DNA of 63,840 nt, counting the filler, from Pirum gemmata (lineage: Eukaryota): the NCBI GenBank assembly GCA_002812295.1. It is 23 parts of 23 records of this genome, joined end to end, with 100 filler letters (N's around TTAATTAATTAA, not from the genome) between each part and the next. Parts side by side here need not be neighbours in the genome. Positions count along the whole stretch, not along the records: positions 24,102 to 26,304 come from PDIN01006143.1; positions 26,405 to 28,879 come from PDIN01006144.1; positions 28,980 to 32,338 come from PDIN01006145.1; positions 32,439 to 34,913 come from PDIN01006146.1; positions 35,014 to 37,499 come from PDIN01006147.1; positions 37,600 to 40,056 come from PDIN01006148.1; 17 more parts are not named here. One strand, 5' to 3'. How positions within the stretch are numbered: position 1 is the first letter of the stretch; each line of letters begins with the position of its first letter. Under the pieces are notes generated by a model, which saw nothing but the letters and a program-made list of their open reading frames with translations, searched no databases and was not told the origin of the DNA. Both the position numbers and the translations under genes were made by a program. This document shows, piece by piece, positions 25,279-38,307 of the stretch.

Positions 25279-26579
25279 TGATAATGATAACTAAGCTCTA
25301 GAGTTTTTTGTTGAAGTTGAAGTTGGACAACTTACAGACAGTAACAGTAGACGACCTATGATATTGATAACTGTTTATTATCGTGCTTTTCATTTAGTTT
25401 GTCACTCTTAATATTTATTTGGTTGTTTATAATATTTAAATTGATACTTTTAAATAAATAAATATATAATAAATTATACCAAATTAAATTAAATGGATTT
25501 ATAATGTATTAATTTGGTACTATTTATTGTATATTTTATTATGACGACAAAATAACTGAAAAGCACGATAGTGATTTTAATTAATTAAAAGTGATTAATT
25601 CTCTTAGCTATGATAGTAGTTTGTTGAACATTCATAATAAAGGGCGTCACTTATTCTTTGATAGAAGTCATTGCCTGAAAGTGTGACTTAAACTGTTTTA
25701 GGCAGTAATTAATTATTAATTAAAAAATGAACTTTAAAACTATGACCAAAAGTGTTTTGGACAAAAGAGGCATAGGTAAGATTAGGTGACGTTCCTTTAG
25801 TTTAGAGCTAGTTTAGTTTACTCTACTTAGACTTATCTCATGGCTTTTTCAATAGTGTTTCCAGTACCCAATTATTTTTATGGTTAAACTATCGGGCATG
25901 TTTTAATTAAATTGGTATTTTTTACTTATTGTTTTATTTTATAAACAAGTTCAATTGTAAACGTAAATAGTACCAAATTAAAGATTGAGAGGAATAAAAT
26001 AGACAATAGATACATCGTAGTAGTATAATATATATAGACCCCCCCTAGTCTACAGCAGAATATCGTGTTTTTCAATTAATGTTGCTGTGCAGTTCAAAAA
26101 CTGAAATAAAACATGCCAAATTATTGTTATGGTTAAACTATCGGGCATGTTTTAATTAAATTGGTATTTTATACTTAATCTTTTATTTTTATAAACAAGT
26201 TCAATTATACACTTAAACCATACCAAATTAAAGATGGGAGAAGACAACAGTTAATTAACTGTAACTCAGAATATTTATTTGGTTGTTTATAATATTTAAA
26301 TTGANNNNNNNNNNNNNNNNNNNNNNNNNNNNNNNNNNNNNNNNNNNNTTAATTAATTAANNNNNNNNNNNNNNNNNNNNNNNNNNNNNNNNNNNNNNNN
26401 NNNNTACTACTACTACTACTGCTACTATTACTATTACTATTACTATTACTATTACTATTACTATTACTATTACTATTACTATTACTATAACCTGATACAA
26501 CTAGGAATCCCACTTATCTATTGAATTTAATTTTTACAAAATCATTATCAACATTAAAAACAAATTGTTTTGTAAACAG

Positions 26580-27327
26580 GACCAGAGTGCCAAAAATACC
26601 CAAGCTTCAATTACGCTAACAAAAAACCTTTATATTGCGGTGGTTGTAAATTAGATGGTATGGTAGATATGCGTAAAAAAAAATGTTTACATGGTTGTGG
26701 GAAACATCCTAGTTTTAATTATCCTGAAGATAGAAGACCCTTGTATTGTGCCCTTCATAAAAAAGAGGGAATGGTGTATGTTACTTGTAAAAAATGCAAT
26801 GCCTCTGTTTCCTGTATAAAAATGGCACACTATGGCTGGCCCAATTATGATAACGTAGCGAATAAAACTTTAGTATGTCAAGAACATATGAAAGAAGGTA
26901 TGGAGTATGTAGCGTCAGTAAGAAGATGCGAAACAGAAGAGTGTGAAAAACGACCCTCTTATAATTTTCCTAACATGACACCAGCTAGATTCTGTTCCGC
27001 TTGCAAAATAGATGGTATGATAAACGTTCATCACCCGCGATGCATGGGCGGGTGTGGAAAGATTGCTAGCTTCAATTATAGAGATAATAAAAAGCCCCTT
27101 TTTTGTTCTGCCTGTAAAGCAGAGGGTATGGTCAATGTAAAAAAACCTCTTTGTTTGGGTAGAAATGGCCAGGATTGCAATAGCGAAGCTTCTTTTAACT
27201 TTCTAGGTGAAACAAAACTACTCTATTGTGGTCAGTGTAAAGAGATAGGTATGGTTTACAAAGCGGGAAGAGGGACAAAAGCACCTAGCCGGAAACCAAG
27301 AGCACGTAGAAAAAAAGCTACCACCAA

Positions 27328-27406
<79 letters not shown>

Positions 27407-27961
27407 GCTTTTAGTTATGAAACTGATGGTATGACTAATGCTATTACTGTTCCTGTGGCTACTATTCCTACAAATTATACTACCGCTACCAATCCTGCCT
27501 GTATATCTATCCCTACCTCTAGTACCAGCATTGCTACTAGGGATATAAACCGACAACCACAACCATCAAGATCGAAAAGACGGAAAACCCAAGTACAACC
27601 ACCACAAGAAGCACAACCACGACCACTGCAAACCTATGGATACCCGGATCCTCACCCACCCACACTTCCACACCCATATCTGCCCCCACACCAACACCCA
27701 CATTCTCATCCACTTCAATGGTGGCCACCGCAAAATAATTCGCGTGGGAGTTTATCTATAAATAGAAATTTTCGGCCGGCTCGGATTAGGAGCTCGGTCA
27801 CCACACAGCCAAGTCCATCAAGTTTAATTCCAACAGACTCGAATCTTAGCGATTTTGAAAAAGAAAAACAAGATATGGAAAAAAAACACAACGAAAGGGA
27901 ACAGGTTTTACTTGAAGAGATTAGGCTTCTGAGAGAAAAACTTACTCAAAAATCGCAGTAA
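26580..27961 (+). CDS. EsV-1-7 cysteine-rich repeat protein (last exon) with poly-Thr, Pro-rich region and C-terminal coiled coil
   Basis: CAG acceptor at 26579. Six repeats of C..C.K.(P/A)SFN(Y/F)....P.(Y/F)C..(H/C)K..GMV.V match the EsV-1-7 consensus. Confidence 0.85.
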
Positions 27962-30650
27962 TAATTCCAATAATACATATAGAAATAGTAAAAAGGAAAA
28001 AAAAATGATAAAAACTTGATTGATTATGGTTGATATTATTTTAAGTTGGTTCGAATTAGGAGCTCAACCACCACCCCGTCAATTCCATCTTGAATCCTAG
28101 TGATTTTGAAAAAGAAAACCGAGAATTGAAAAAAAAGAAAAAAACAAAAAAGAAATATCACCAATGAAAAAAAGTAAACCTTAAATAGAAGATTAGTGAG
28201 ACTTTTGAAAAGCAAAGAAAAATAAATGATAAAAAACATGCGACTATTAATTTTGGTTGGTATTATTTAAGTTGGTTCGAATGTTAATTTCTTCGAGTTC
28301 GATTTTAGTGGACTTGTATTTTGAAAAAAAGAAACAATGAATAGCGATACCGGGTACGTAAGAAAACAATTCTTTTAAGTTCTGTGCTAAGCCAACCTAA
28401 AAATCAGTAAACTGTAATAGGATAGTTGTTCAATTATAAGCCTAGTAGTAAAAATATTTTCCCATTGAATAGGATATTTTTCTACTTTACCCTTTCTACA
28501 AATTCTACTTAATACTAAAATATATGAAATTAATATTTTGTACCAAAAAGGAAAAATGTTTATTAGCGCCAAATTATATTGATAATTTTACTATCTGGAT
28601 CACGATTTTTTAACTATTTTTCATTGATTGTTCCAGTAAGTTGTGTTACTAAACCTTCTTGTCTTGACGATCAATAGTCATTTTAGATATTGAGAGTTTA
28701 CCAATACATAGTTTTGTCACAATGAAAGAGAGCAGGCTTTAATGGAATAAAATTTTAAGAAGTTACCAAAAAAAAGTATTTAATATGTGTGTGTTGGGGA
28801 GGGGGGTTAAGTTGAGGTTCTTTGTTATTTATTCGTGGTCATGGTCGTGGTTGTAGTGGTGTTGGTTTGTTGTTGTTGTNNNNNNNNNNNNNNNNNNNNN
28901 NNNNNNNNNNNNNNNNNNNNNNNTTAATTAATTAANNNNNNNNNNNNNNNNNNNNNNNNNNNNNNNNNNNNNNNNNNNNTCATGATATACACCACTTAAT
29001 ATTAATACACACTTATAATTATATATTACCAGTTGTTATTACTTTACAATTTATATATAGTTATTATTATATATTTATATATTAATAAATACTTATTATA
29101 TATCTCATAGAGTGCCATATAGTTATATAATTCTATTTATTTTTTTCTATTCAATACATCATGATAATAACTACGTATACGTACTATAATAATAATAATA
29201 ACTTTTTTATATATATTTTATTATATATATATACATATATTATTATAACTTTGTTTATATTCATTATAATAATATATATATTTCCTGTTTTAATTAAAAT
29301 TAACTTTATTCCAGTCTAACCCTTTCTATGTCTATAAAAAAAGTAACTATAATTACTATTTTAATTATGAATTACTAAAAAACAAATAAAACTGCTTTTT
29401 CCTTCTATATTCGGAACTAATTAAGTACTAAATTCCAAAGTTAGCCTATATTTAGTAAATAGTATTCCAATTTAGAACATGCGATTTTAAATTACCATTT
29501 TTAGTTCTTTCGTTTACTTGGTTTCTTTAAAATTTATAATCGCCTCTTTTTATATATTCAATTAAATATAAAAATATACCAAATTAGATAAAACCACCCA
29601 TTTTAAAAACAATTTGGTAGGTCTTTTGTGAATAATGATTGAAAAAGAGCAAAATTCGTTGTCTCTACCAATAAACACTCAGTAAACTTTTTTATCCAGA
29701 TTTATCATAAATCCATAAAAGCGAAAATATAATTTTTTTTTTTTTCAAAATTATTGTATTATTATCATATTATTNNNNNNNNNNNNNNNNNNNNNNNNNN
29801 NNNNNNNNNNNNNNNNNNNNNNNNNNNNNNNNNNNNNNNNNNNNNNNNNNNNNNNNNNNNNNNNNNNNNNNNNNNNNNNNNNNNNNNNNNNNNNNNNNNN
29901 NNNNNNNNNNNNNNNNNNNNNNNNNNNNNNNNNNNNNNNNNNNNNNNNNNNNNNNNNNNNATATAAATATTACAATAAAGAGTACCAAATTAATTTATTT
30001 TAAATACATTTCATTTAATTTGGTATATTTTATTATCTGTTAATTCATCTAAAAATATTAAAGGTTATAACCTACCAAATATATTCAGAGTGACAAAATG
30101 TATAATAATAGTAAGAATACTGATATTGATAATAATAATAATGATAATGATACTTTTTTTTCTATATCAAATATTACAATAAATACTACCAATATAATTG
30201 AATCCATTTAATTAATTTGATATATTTTACTATCTATTTATTTATTCATTTAAAAAATATCAATTTAATTAAACCTTGTAACCTACCAAACATATGTATA
30301 TCATATATATTCAGAATGAAAAAAATAAATGAAAAGCACAATAGATTACATTAGCCTACACAGCTACGTAATAATTATGTAAAAAGATATTCTTTTTTGT
30401 TTTTTTAATTAATAAAACCATTATTTTGATTTTGTTTTTATTATAAATTTTTAAAAATATATTTTTTTATTGATTATTTAAAAATAAATTGATAAACACC
30501 TACATTACATTGGCTATAATAATAATGTAGAAATTATTTTGATTAAAAAGCTTCTGACTTAATAATTATGTATTAATAAAACAATTATGATTTTTGATTA
30601 ATAAAGTATTTGATTTTCTTTATTTATAATTATATTACTAATTTATATAT

Positions 30651-30737
30651 ATAGACGTTAATATGAGTATTTACATTCTTAAATAGTCTCTGGGAGACTA
30701 CTTATTAAAAATGTAAATACTCAATATTAACGTCTAT
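30651..30737. repeat. Short hairpin element (~40-bp arms)
   Basis: ATAGACGTTAATAT.GAGTATTTACATT...AGTCTC pairs with GAGACT...AATGTAAATACTCAATATTAACGTCTAT. Confidence 0.8.
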
Positions 30738-30994
30738 TGATTAAATAAAAATATATTGATAAACACCTGATCCATATGCTAAAATACATTGGCCTTCCAC
30801 AGTAGCATAATAATGTAGAAATTTTAATTAAAAGCTTGCAATTATATTTTATAATTTCCAATTTATTATAATTATAATTCATTTTGTTATTTATACAAAT
30901 ATTAGTATTAGTATGGTATTTATTTATTTATTTATTGGAAATTAAAATAACAAATCGATAAGCAAGCATAATTAATATGATTCATAATTCTAAA

Positions 30995-32068
30995 TTACAT
31001 TTGACTTCCACAATTGGCGCAGAATTTCCCTCCGTTAGCAGCAGAGCCACAGGAAGAGCAAAACTTTGCAGTTTGCGGTTGCTGCTGTGGTACTGGTTGC
31101 GAGGTATTTGCTGGTTGACTTTGTTGATACTGGTAACCATATGTTGGAGGTGCAGTTGGATTATTGTTATAGTTATTATCTCTATAAGTTGGTGTAGAAT
31201 AAGTTGGGTATTCTTGTGGTGGTGCATAGGAGACATTTTGAGGAGGATATGTAGATGGGTACGGATTAGCAGCCGATTGTGGTGGTGGATAAGAACTAGC
31301 AGTATTATTATTAACAGCAGTTTGTGGTGGTGGATAGGACGAACTAGAAGTAGTATTATTCAAGGTCAAGTTATTAGTTTGTTGTGTAAGTGCTTCGATT
31401 TTAACTTCATCGGTTTTGAATTCGATTACTTCGAATTCCTTTTCGTAACAAAAAAAGACTTCGTGGCATTTTTTACACCAACGATCAGCATAAACAATAC
31501 GTTTATTAGCAACATGAACTCCATCTGAACTTAAAACTTCAACAGTAACTTCGCTAATTTCTTCTAAATCTTTAACTTTATGTTCTTTTTTTTTCGCCAA
31601 ACAACCTTTATGTTTCTCATCTGCAATTCTAATCGCATGGTCATTTTCACCCCTTACAAAAACCACAGTATGATCAAAAACGTGACCATGACTAAGCCTT
31701 ACAATTTGTTCATATTTGATTTTATCCTTATTAACATGGCTCTTAACCAAAAAATACTTTTCAACTTCTTTTATTTCAACCGCTTCTTTTCTTTTTGATG
31801 TACTTGAAACAACCACCACAGTAGTAGGAGGGATGCGTTTTCTAGGAACTACTACAACAACTGGCTTTCGAGCTGGGGCTACTACCACAGCAGGTCTAGG
31901 GCGAGGAGCAACCACTACTGGTCCTGGTCTAGGTCCAGGTGCCACGACTACCGCTGGTCCTGCTCTAGGTGCTGGTGCAACAACAACCGGTCCGCGACGT
32001 GGTCCAGGACGCCCGACAACGGCTACTGTAGCTCCGTGATGGTGATGATGGTGCCCTGCTCTTCTCAT
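30995..32068 (-). CDS. Hypothetical protein with R/P/V repeats, a P/Y/Q-rich region and a C-terminal zinc ribbon
   Basis: Intronless 357-aa ORF ending KFCSSCGSAANGGKFCANCGSQM (two CxxC knuckles). Confidence 0.75.
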   Translation of the reverse strand: MRRAGHHHHHHGATVAVVGRPGPRRGPVVVAPAPRAGPAVVVAPGPRPGPVVVAPRPRPAVVVAPARKPVVVVVPRKRIPPTTVVVVSSTSKRKEAVEIKEVEKYFLVKSHVNKDKIKYEQIVRLSHGHVFDHTVVFVRGENDHAIRIADEKHKGCLAKKKEHKVKDLEEISEVTVEVLSSDGVHVANKRIVYADRWCKKCHEVFFCYEKEFEVIEFKTDEVKIEALTQQTNNLTLNNTTSSSSYPPPQTAVNNNTASSYPPPQSAANPYPSTYPPQNVSYAPPQEYPTYSTPTYRDNNYNNNPTAPPTYGYQYQQSQPANTSQPVPQQQPQTAKFCSSCGSAANGGKFCANCGSQM

Positions 32069-32554
32069 TATGTTTATTATTAATTAGTATTATTGATTAA
32101 CTTTTTAAAATAAATATAAGTTGGTAGGCTTGGTTGTTTTGTGTAATTTTTATTGTTATAAATTTCAATGTAAGTTTGTAGTTTTGGTTGTGTTTTATTA
32201 TATAACAATTTTTATTATTTATTTATAATTATTTATATTACATAAATTAATTATTTTTATTTAATTTTTTTCTATTTTTTTTTTTTTTTATTTTTTTTAA
32301 TATTTATTTTTTTTTTTTTTTGGTTTTTTTTTTTTTTTNNNNNNNNNNNNNNNNNNNNNNNNNNNNNNNNNNNNNNNNNNNNTTAATTAATTAANNNNNN
32401 NNNNNNNNNNNNNNNNNNNNNNNNNNNNNNNNNNNNNNAAAATAAAAATAAAATAAAATAATACATCATACGGACTAAAATATTATTATTACTATTATTA
32501 TTATTATTATTATTACTATTACTACTACTATTATTATTATTATTATTATTATTA

Positions 32555-32589
<35 letters not shown>

Positions 32590-32809
32590 CTAACCCTAGC
32601 CCTAACCCTAACCTTATACTTAGGCTGTACGTAAAATAACCTTATTCGGCTCGAACTTTTCGAGAATAGTAAGTAAATATGATCGAATTAGGCTTGATTA
32701 ATTAATTTCCAATTCTCAAGAAATAAAATAAAATGAAAGAAAAATAAAATAAAATAAAATAAAAATAAAATAAAATAATACATCATACGGACTAAAATAT
32801 TATTATTAC

Positions 32810-32863
<54 letters not shown>

Positions 32864-33114
32864 ATCATTATTATTATTATTATTATCATTATTATTATTA
32901 TTGACATCTGGTTACAGTTGTGATTGTGGTGATGATTATGCTTGTGGTTATTGTAATTACCATGGCTATAGTTGTTATAATGATGATGATTATAGTGGTG
33001 GTGATTATTGATTTTGTTATTCTTAATGTTAATGTAATACAATCTGATTTTATATAAGTTTAGGAGGATGAAGATACAAACAGTGTGGCGGTGGTGGTTA
33101 TATGCAAACCAGTT

Positions 33115-33146
<32 letters not shown>

Positions 33147-33393
33147 TATGATGATTATGATGATGATAAAGATGATAATGATGATTATTATTATGATGAT
33201 GATGATGATAATAATGATAATAATGATGATAATAATAATGATAATGATGATAATCACGATGATGATGATGATGATGATGATGATAATGATGATAATGATA
33301 ATGATGATAATGATGAGGATGATGAGGATGATGAGGATGATGATGATGACAATGATGATAATGGTGATAATGATGATAATGATAATGATGATA

Positions 33394-33425
<32 letters not shown>

Positions 33426-33474
33426 AATGATAATGATAATGATAATGATGATGATGATGATAATGATAATGATA

Positions 33475-33525
<51 letters not shown>
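33115..33525. repeat. (GAT/AAT)n trinucleotide microsatellite
   Basis: Simple repeat immediately downstream of the nucleoside transporter stop codon. Confidence 0.9.
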
Positions 33526-33575
33526 GTCATTGTTTTGAAATTGTTAATATAATTCAAACTCATTTTTTCATAAGT

Positions 33576-33803
33576 TTAATAAGACGAAGATACAAAGGCA
33601 AAAGAAAAAGCACTTCCAAATAATAAACCATAAGATAAAAACAAAACCATCAAAACACCCGCGCACTCTTCATCACCCTTTTGTACCAGAGATGGTACAT
33701 AGAAAAGGGAAACGGTACTAAAATACCCGTTAGTAAACCCAAAAATTATCATAAAAATAACTGGAAACGCAGCACCTTTATTTAAACAAATAACATTATT
33801 ATT

Positions 33804-33839
<36 letters not shown>

Positions 33840-33884
33840 ATTCTTATTCTTGTTGTTATTCTTATTGTTATTATTATTATTATT

Positions 33885-33929
<45 letters not shown>

Positions 33930-34577
33930 ATTGTTGTTGTTGTTGTTGTTGTTATTTTTTGTTGTTGTACATGTTGTTGCTATTTTTGTTGTTGTTGTTG
34001 TTGTTGTTGTTGCTGTTGTGGTTGTTTTTGTTGTCTGTTGTCTTGAACGAAACAAAATAAANGGTTGTTGGTTGTTGGTTGTTGGTTGTTACTGTTATTG
34101 TTATTGTTATTGTTATTGTTATTGTTATTATTATTGTTATTATTGTTATTGTTATTGTTATTGTTATTGTTATTGTTATTGTTATTGTTATTGTTATTGT
34201 TGTTGTTATTGTTATTGTTATTGTTATTGTTATTGTTATTAGGGTTAAGTTTATAGGGTTAGGGTTAGGGTAACAAAGAGTATAATAAAGGGTATAATAA
34301 AAGTTGTAATAAAAGTTATAATAAAGTGCATAATAAAGTGCATAATAAAGGGTATAAAATAAAGGATATAATAAAGAGCATAATAAAGGGTATAATAAAA
34401 TATCCAACTTACTTGCAAACCATGTGTAGCTGTCAGTAATAATACCACTAGTTTGGCAAAACAAAAAGAAGATGAAGAATGCATAACGTAGCATTACAGG
34501 GAATATAACATATCGTTCTTTAGGCCATTGAATATAGCCAGCAAGAGTACGGCCGAAAAAGTCAAATAAATTAAATC
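33576..34577 (-). CDS. Equilibrative nucleoside transporter (SLC29/ENT family), last two exons
   Basis: Exons 34577-34413 (FNLFDFFGR.LA...R..F..FFLFC) and 33775-33576 (FGFTNGYFST...E.AGVLMVLFL..GL..GS) are characteristic ENT C-terminal helices. Confidence 0.88.
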
Positions 34578-34821
34578 CTATCATGATTATAATTAATATT
34601 ATTATTATTTATTTATTTATTTATTTATTTATTATCATTTATTATCATCTATCATTTATCATTTATTATTTATTATTTATCATTTATTATTTATTATTTA
34701 TTATTTATTTTTGTTTATTTATTATTTATTATTTATTATCTTTTATTAGAGTATGATTTATTTATTTATTATTATTTTTTTATTATTATTATTTTATTAT
34801 TATTTTATTATTATTATTATT

Positions 34822-34866
<45 letters not shown>

Positions 34867-36472
34867 ATTGTTGTTGTTGTTGTTGTTGTTATTTTTATTG
34901 TTATTGTTATTGTNNNNNNNNNNNNNNNNNNNNNNNNNNNNNNNNNNNNNNNNNNNNTTAATTAATTAANNNNNNNNNNNNNNNNNNNNNNNNNNNNNNN
35001 NNNNNNNNNNNNNCTTTTTCGGGGTAATAAAAATAAATAAATATACTCGAATACTTAATTGTAAGCTCAAAATGTTCGAACTTATTTAATTAATGTATAG
35101 GCTCGAAACTCGATTTTTTAAACAAAGCAGAATTGGGAGAAGCCAGCTAGGGAGTTGGACGTTTTGAGGGAGTCTAGTGACTACTGAATGGATTCTCGAG
35201 ATTTTTTCTTTAAATTATAATATATATTATGTGTATATATATATGACTGTTTTTTATTATTGTATAATAAAATACAGTGCAATACAGCTGCTTGGTATAG
35301 TAGTTACAGTGCAGCCATGTATAGAAAAACTTAATGTGGTGGTGGTGTGGAGTGTGGTGGTGATGGTGGTTGCTAGGTGGTTGGTTGGTGGTTATTAGGT
35401 GGTTGGTGATTGGTGGTTGGTGGTTGGTGATTGGTGGTTGGTGGTTGGTGGTTGGTGGTTGGTGGTTGGTGGTTGGTGGTTTATAAAAATAAAAATGTTT
35501 TTTTAAAACTAAAAAGGCAATATATATACGAGATTCTATGTATATACACGAAAAAAAGGTATGTAAATCAGTGTTCTAAACCTGACTTATTTTTGGGCCT
35601 TGAGAGGTGGAGGAGGGGACTAGGAGGGAACTTTTGGTGTTGTCACCCAAGTTTACTATAAATTTCATCGCGTTAAAAAGGTTGTCAGTTTGGATGTCCT
35701 AGTAGTAGATTTCCTTCTTTCCACTAATTGCCCACTGTGGGCTGAACTGACTGAAAGTTTTATTTTGGGCTGAAAAAAATTTGAATTAAGTAATAGATGG
35801 GGGGGGGGGTTACTTTTCATGGAGCTATTGGCTTTTGGCACACGTTGGAAATGAAGAAGAGGCTTACGTTTTCATCGATCAATTGAAAGATTGGAGAAAG
35901 GGCTTAGGACCGAAAGGAGCTTATATCTATATCGGTAATAGGACTGATGATAATTACTACGAAAGTGTTTGACCCAGTTTTGAAAGTGGATCAAATAATA
36001 TTGTATCTGGTTCTGAGAAAGGAATGTTAGGAAACCGATTGATTCCGGAGGAAATGGTTACGAGCAAACTTGACACGAACCAAGGAATTTGCTACAAACT
36101 TAATTCGAAATCCTGTAACTTTATTTTATTTCATTTTAGTTATTTCATTGGAGGAGCTTCAAATGACGTTGATCCGAAAAAATCAGCGGTTTAAGAAAAG
36201 CACGCTGACAGATGGGTCTTGATTGTAACACATTCACATTTGTTTTCCAAACTACCTTGTCCAGCGGAGACCGCATTAAATCTTATTGAACATACTCTGG
36301 TGGGGTGGCAAAGCCCAACAGGATATAATCATGCAAGAGCCCATGAAACAAACTTTAATGATAGAGTTTGGGGTAAAGAGACTTAAAAGAGACTACAGCA
36401 CATCAAAAGAAAATATGATAAAAGAAACCTTTTCAGTTGTAATCAATGAATTCAGTCCGGCAATGAATAGTT

Positions 36473-37110
36473 CTAACTAACACGGAGGGGAGGGAATGAA
36501 AAATGAGATTAATAAAACATACAAAATGAATATATCATTGTGACGTCATCCGTGCTAGCCCTATACATCAGTCCTATGTAATAAACTAATATGATTCGAT
36601 TCGATTTTTACCAATGATTCGATTCGATTCGATTTTTACCAATTGCATCTCTATCCCTTTTTTTTTTTTTTGAACGAACAGTACTAACTAGCAAAATAAA
36701 TGAAAAATGAGATTAGCAAAAAATGCAAAATAAAAATATATCATTGTGACGTCATCCGTGCTAGCCCTATACTTTAGTTCCTATGTAATAAATAAACTAA
36801 TATGATTCGACTTGATTTTTATCAATTACAGCTCTCTCTCTATCCTTCTTTATTTTTTTCGAACGAGCAGGCTAACTAACACGGAGGGGAGGGAATGAAT
36901 TTAGCAAAAAATACAAAATAAAAATATATCATTGTGATGTCATCCGTACTAGCCATTTATTTTAGTATACCTTAGTCCCTATGTTATTAATAAACTAACA
37001 TGATTCGATTTGATTTTTGCCGATTGCATCTCCCTCTATCCTATGTAATAAATTAATATGATTCGATTTGATTTTTTTCTCTCTGTCTCCTTTTTTTTCT
37101 TTTTTGAAGC
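36473..37110. repeat. Three diverged tandem copies of a ~200-bp unit
   Basis: Units start at ~36473, ~36684 and ~36872, each with AATATATCATTGTGA(C/T)GTCATCCGT.CTAGCC...ATGATTCGA. Confidence 0.85.
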
Positions 37111-37905
37111 GGGCGGCAATACAATTTATAAGTACATTAACAGTTTGTTAATTATGAAATTCGTGAAAATCATATAGCTAAAATTAAAAAGAATAAAAGC
37201 CAAAACACGAATAGCCATAATAAAAATAAAAAATAAAAAATAAAAATAAAAATAAAAATAAGAAGTTAGAAAGAAAAGAAATATACAGTTAGATTATAAG
37301 ACTAGAATAAATGTTTTCCTAACATCAATAACATTTATCACTAATCAATTATAATTATTTATAATTTATAATTTATAATTTATAATTTATAAGTTATTAT
37401 TTATTGTTTTATCATTTATCATTTATCATTTATAACTAATAATTTGTAATTTATAATTTACCACTTATTATTCATAAATTATCATTTATCGCTAATAATN
37501 NNNNNNNNNNNNNNNNNNNNNNNNNNNNNNNNNNNNNNNNNNNTTAATTAATTAANNNNNNNNNNNNNNNNNNNNNNNNNNNNNNNNNNNNNNNNNNNNG
37601 GGTTAGGGTTAGGGTTAGGGTTAGGGTGTTAGGGTTAGTTTTGTTTTTGCTTTTTGCTTTTTTGCTTTGGGTTTGGTTTTTTGCTTTTGTTTTTGTTTTT
37701 GTTTTTGCTTTTTTGTTTTGTTTTGTGGTTTTTTTTTTGTTTTTGCTTCGCTTTGTTTTTGTTTAATTTATTTTTGTTTACTTTGTTATTTTTTTACCTT
37801 GTTTTTTTTTACTTTATTTTTGTTTGCTTAGCTTTGCTTTCACATCATTGCTTTTTTTATTTTAATATATATTATTTTCATTTTTGTTTATTTTATAGTT
37901 ACATT

Positions 37906-38307
37906 ATGCTTGGACTTAATTTTTCTAGTGTTCGGTCTGGCATAATTTCAACCCTGTCTGTGCCTGTGTCTGGCCGGTTGGGCAATGCCAAGGTAATAGA
38001 CACACCTAGTAGTGTTTTGATACTCTCTCGTGGTCATAAACAAAAAACAAGCATAAAGAGGGCAGGTATTAAAGTGAAAAATAAAACTAAACGAAAAGAT
38101 GATAGAAAAGAGTTTTACCAAGCTGAATTCAGTAACCAACGCTCTTCAGGTATTGGTCACCAATATTTAAATATTGTAACAAAATTAAGATCTAGATATG
38201 TTTATCACAAAGGCGAGAGAATCTTGCTCTCTGATGACCAGGTTGGCTATATTTCTCTTTTTGGGAGGCAATTTTATGCACCGTTTCATTTGCCAACTCA
38301 GCAATAA
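37906..38307 (+). CDS. Basic hypothetical protein with a mitochondrial-presequence-like N-terminus
   Basis: 133 codons from ATG 37906; S/R/L-rich acid-poor start and K/R-rich middle. No family recognised. Confidence 0.5.
   Translation: MLGLNFSSVRSGIISTLSVPVSGRLGNAKVIDTPSSVLILSRGHKQKTSIKRAGIKVKNKTKRKDDRKEFYQAEFSNQRSSGIGHQYLNIVTKLRSRYVYHKGERILLSDDQVGYISLFGRQFYAPFHLPTQQ

Noticed and set aside
33060..33623. Poly-Asp/Asn, poly-Ile and poly-Met ORFs
   Set aside because: Stop-free frames of a trinucleotide microsatellite. The same applies to the poly-L/V/C/I ORFs near 18750, 34000, 40450, 47500, 57700, 60550 and 62500.
37906..38307. Mitochondrial ribosomal protein assignment
   Set aside because: The composition fits, but no diagnostic motif was recognised.
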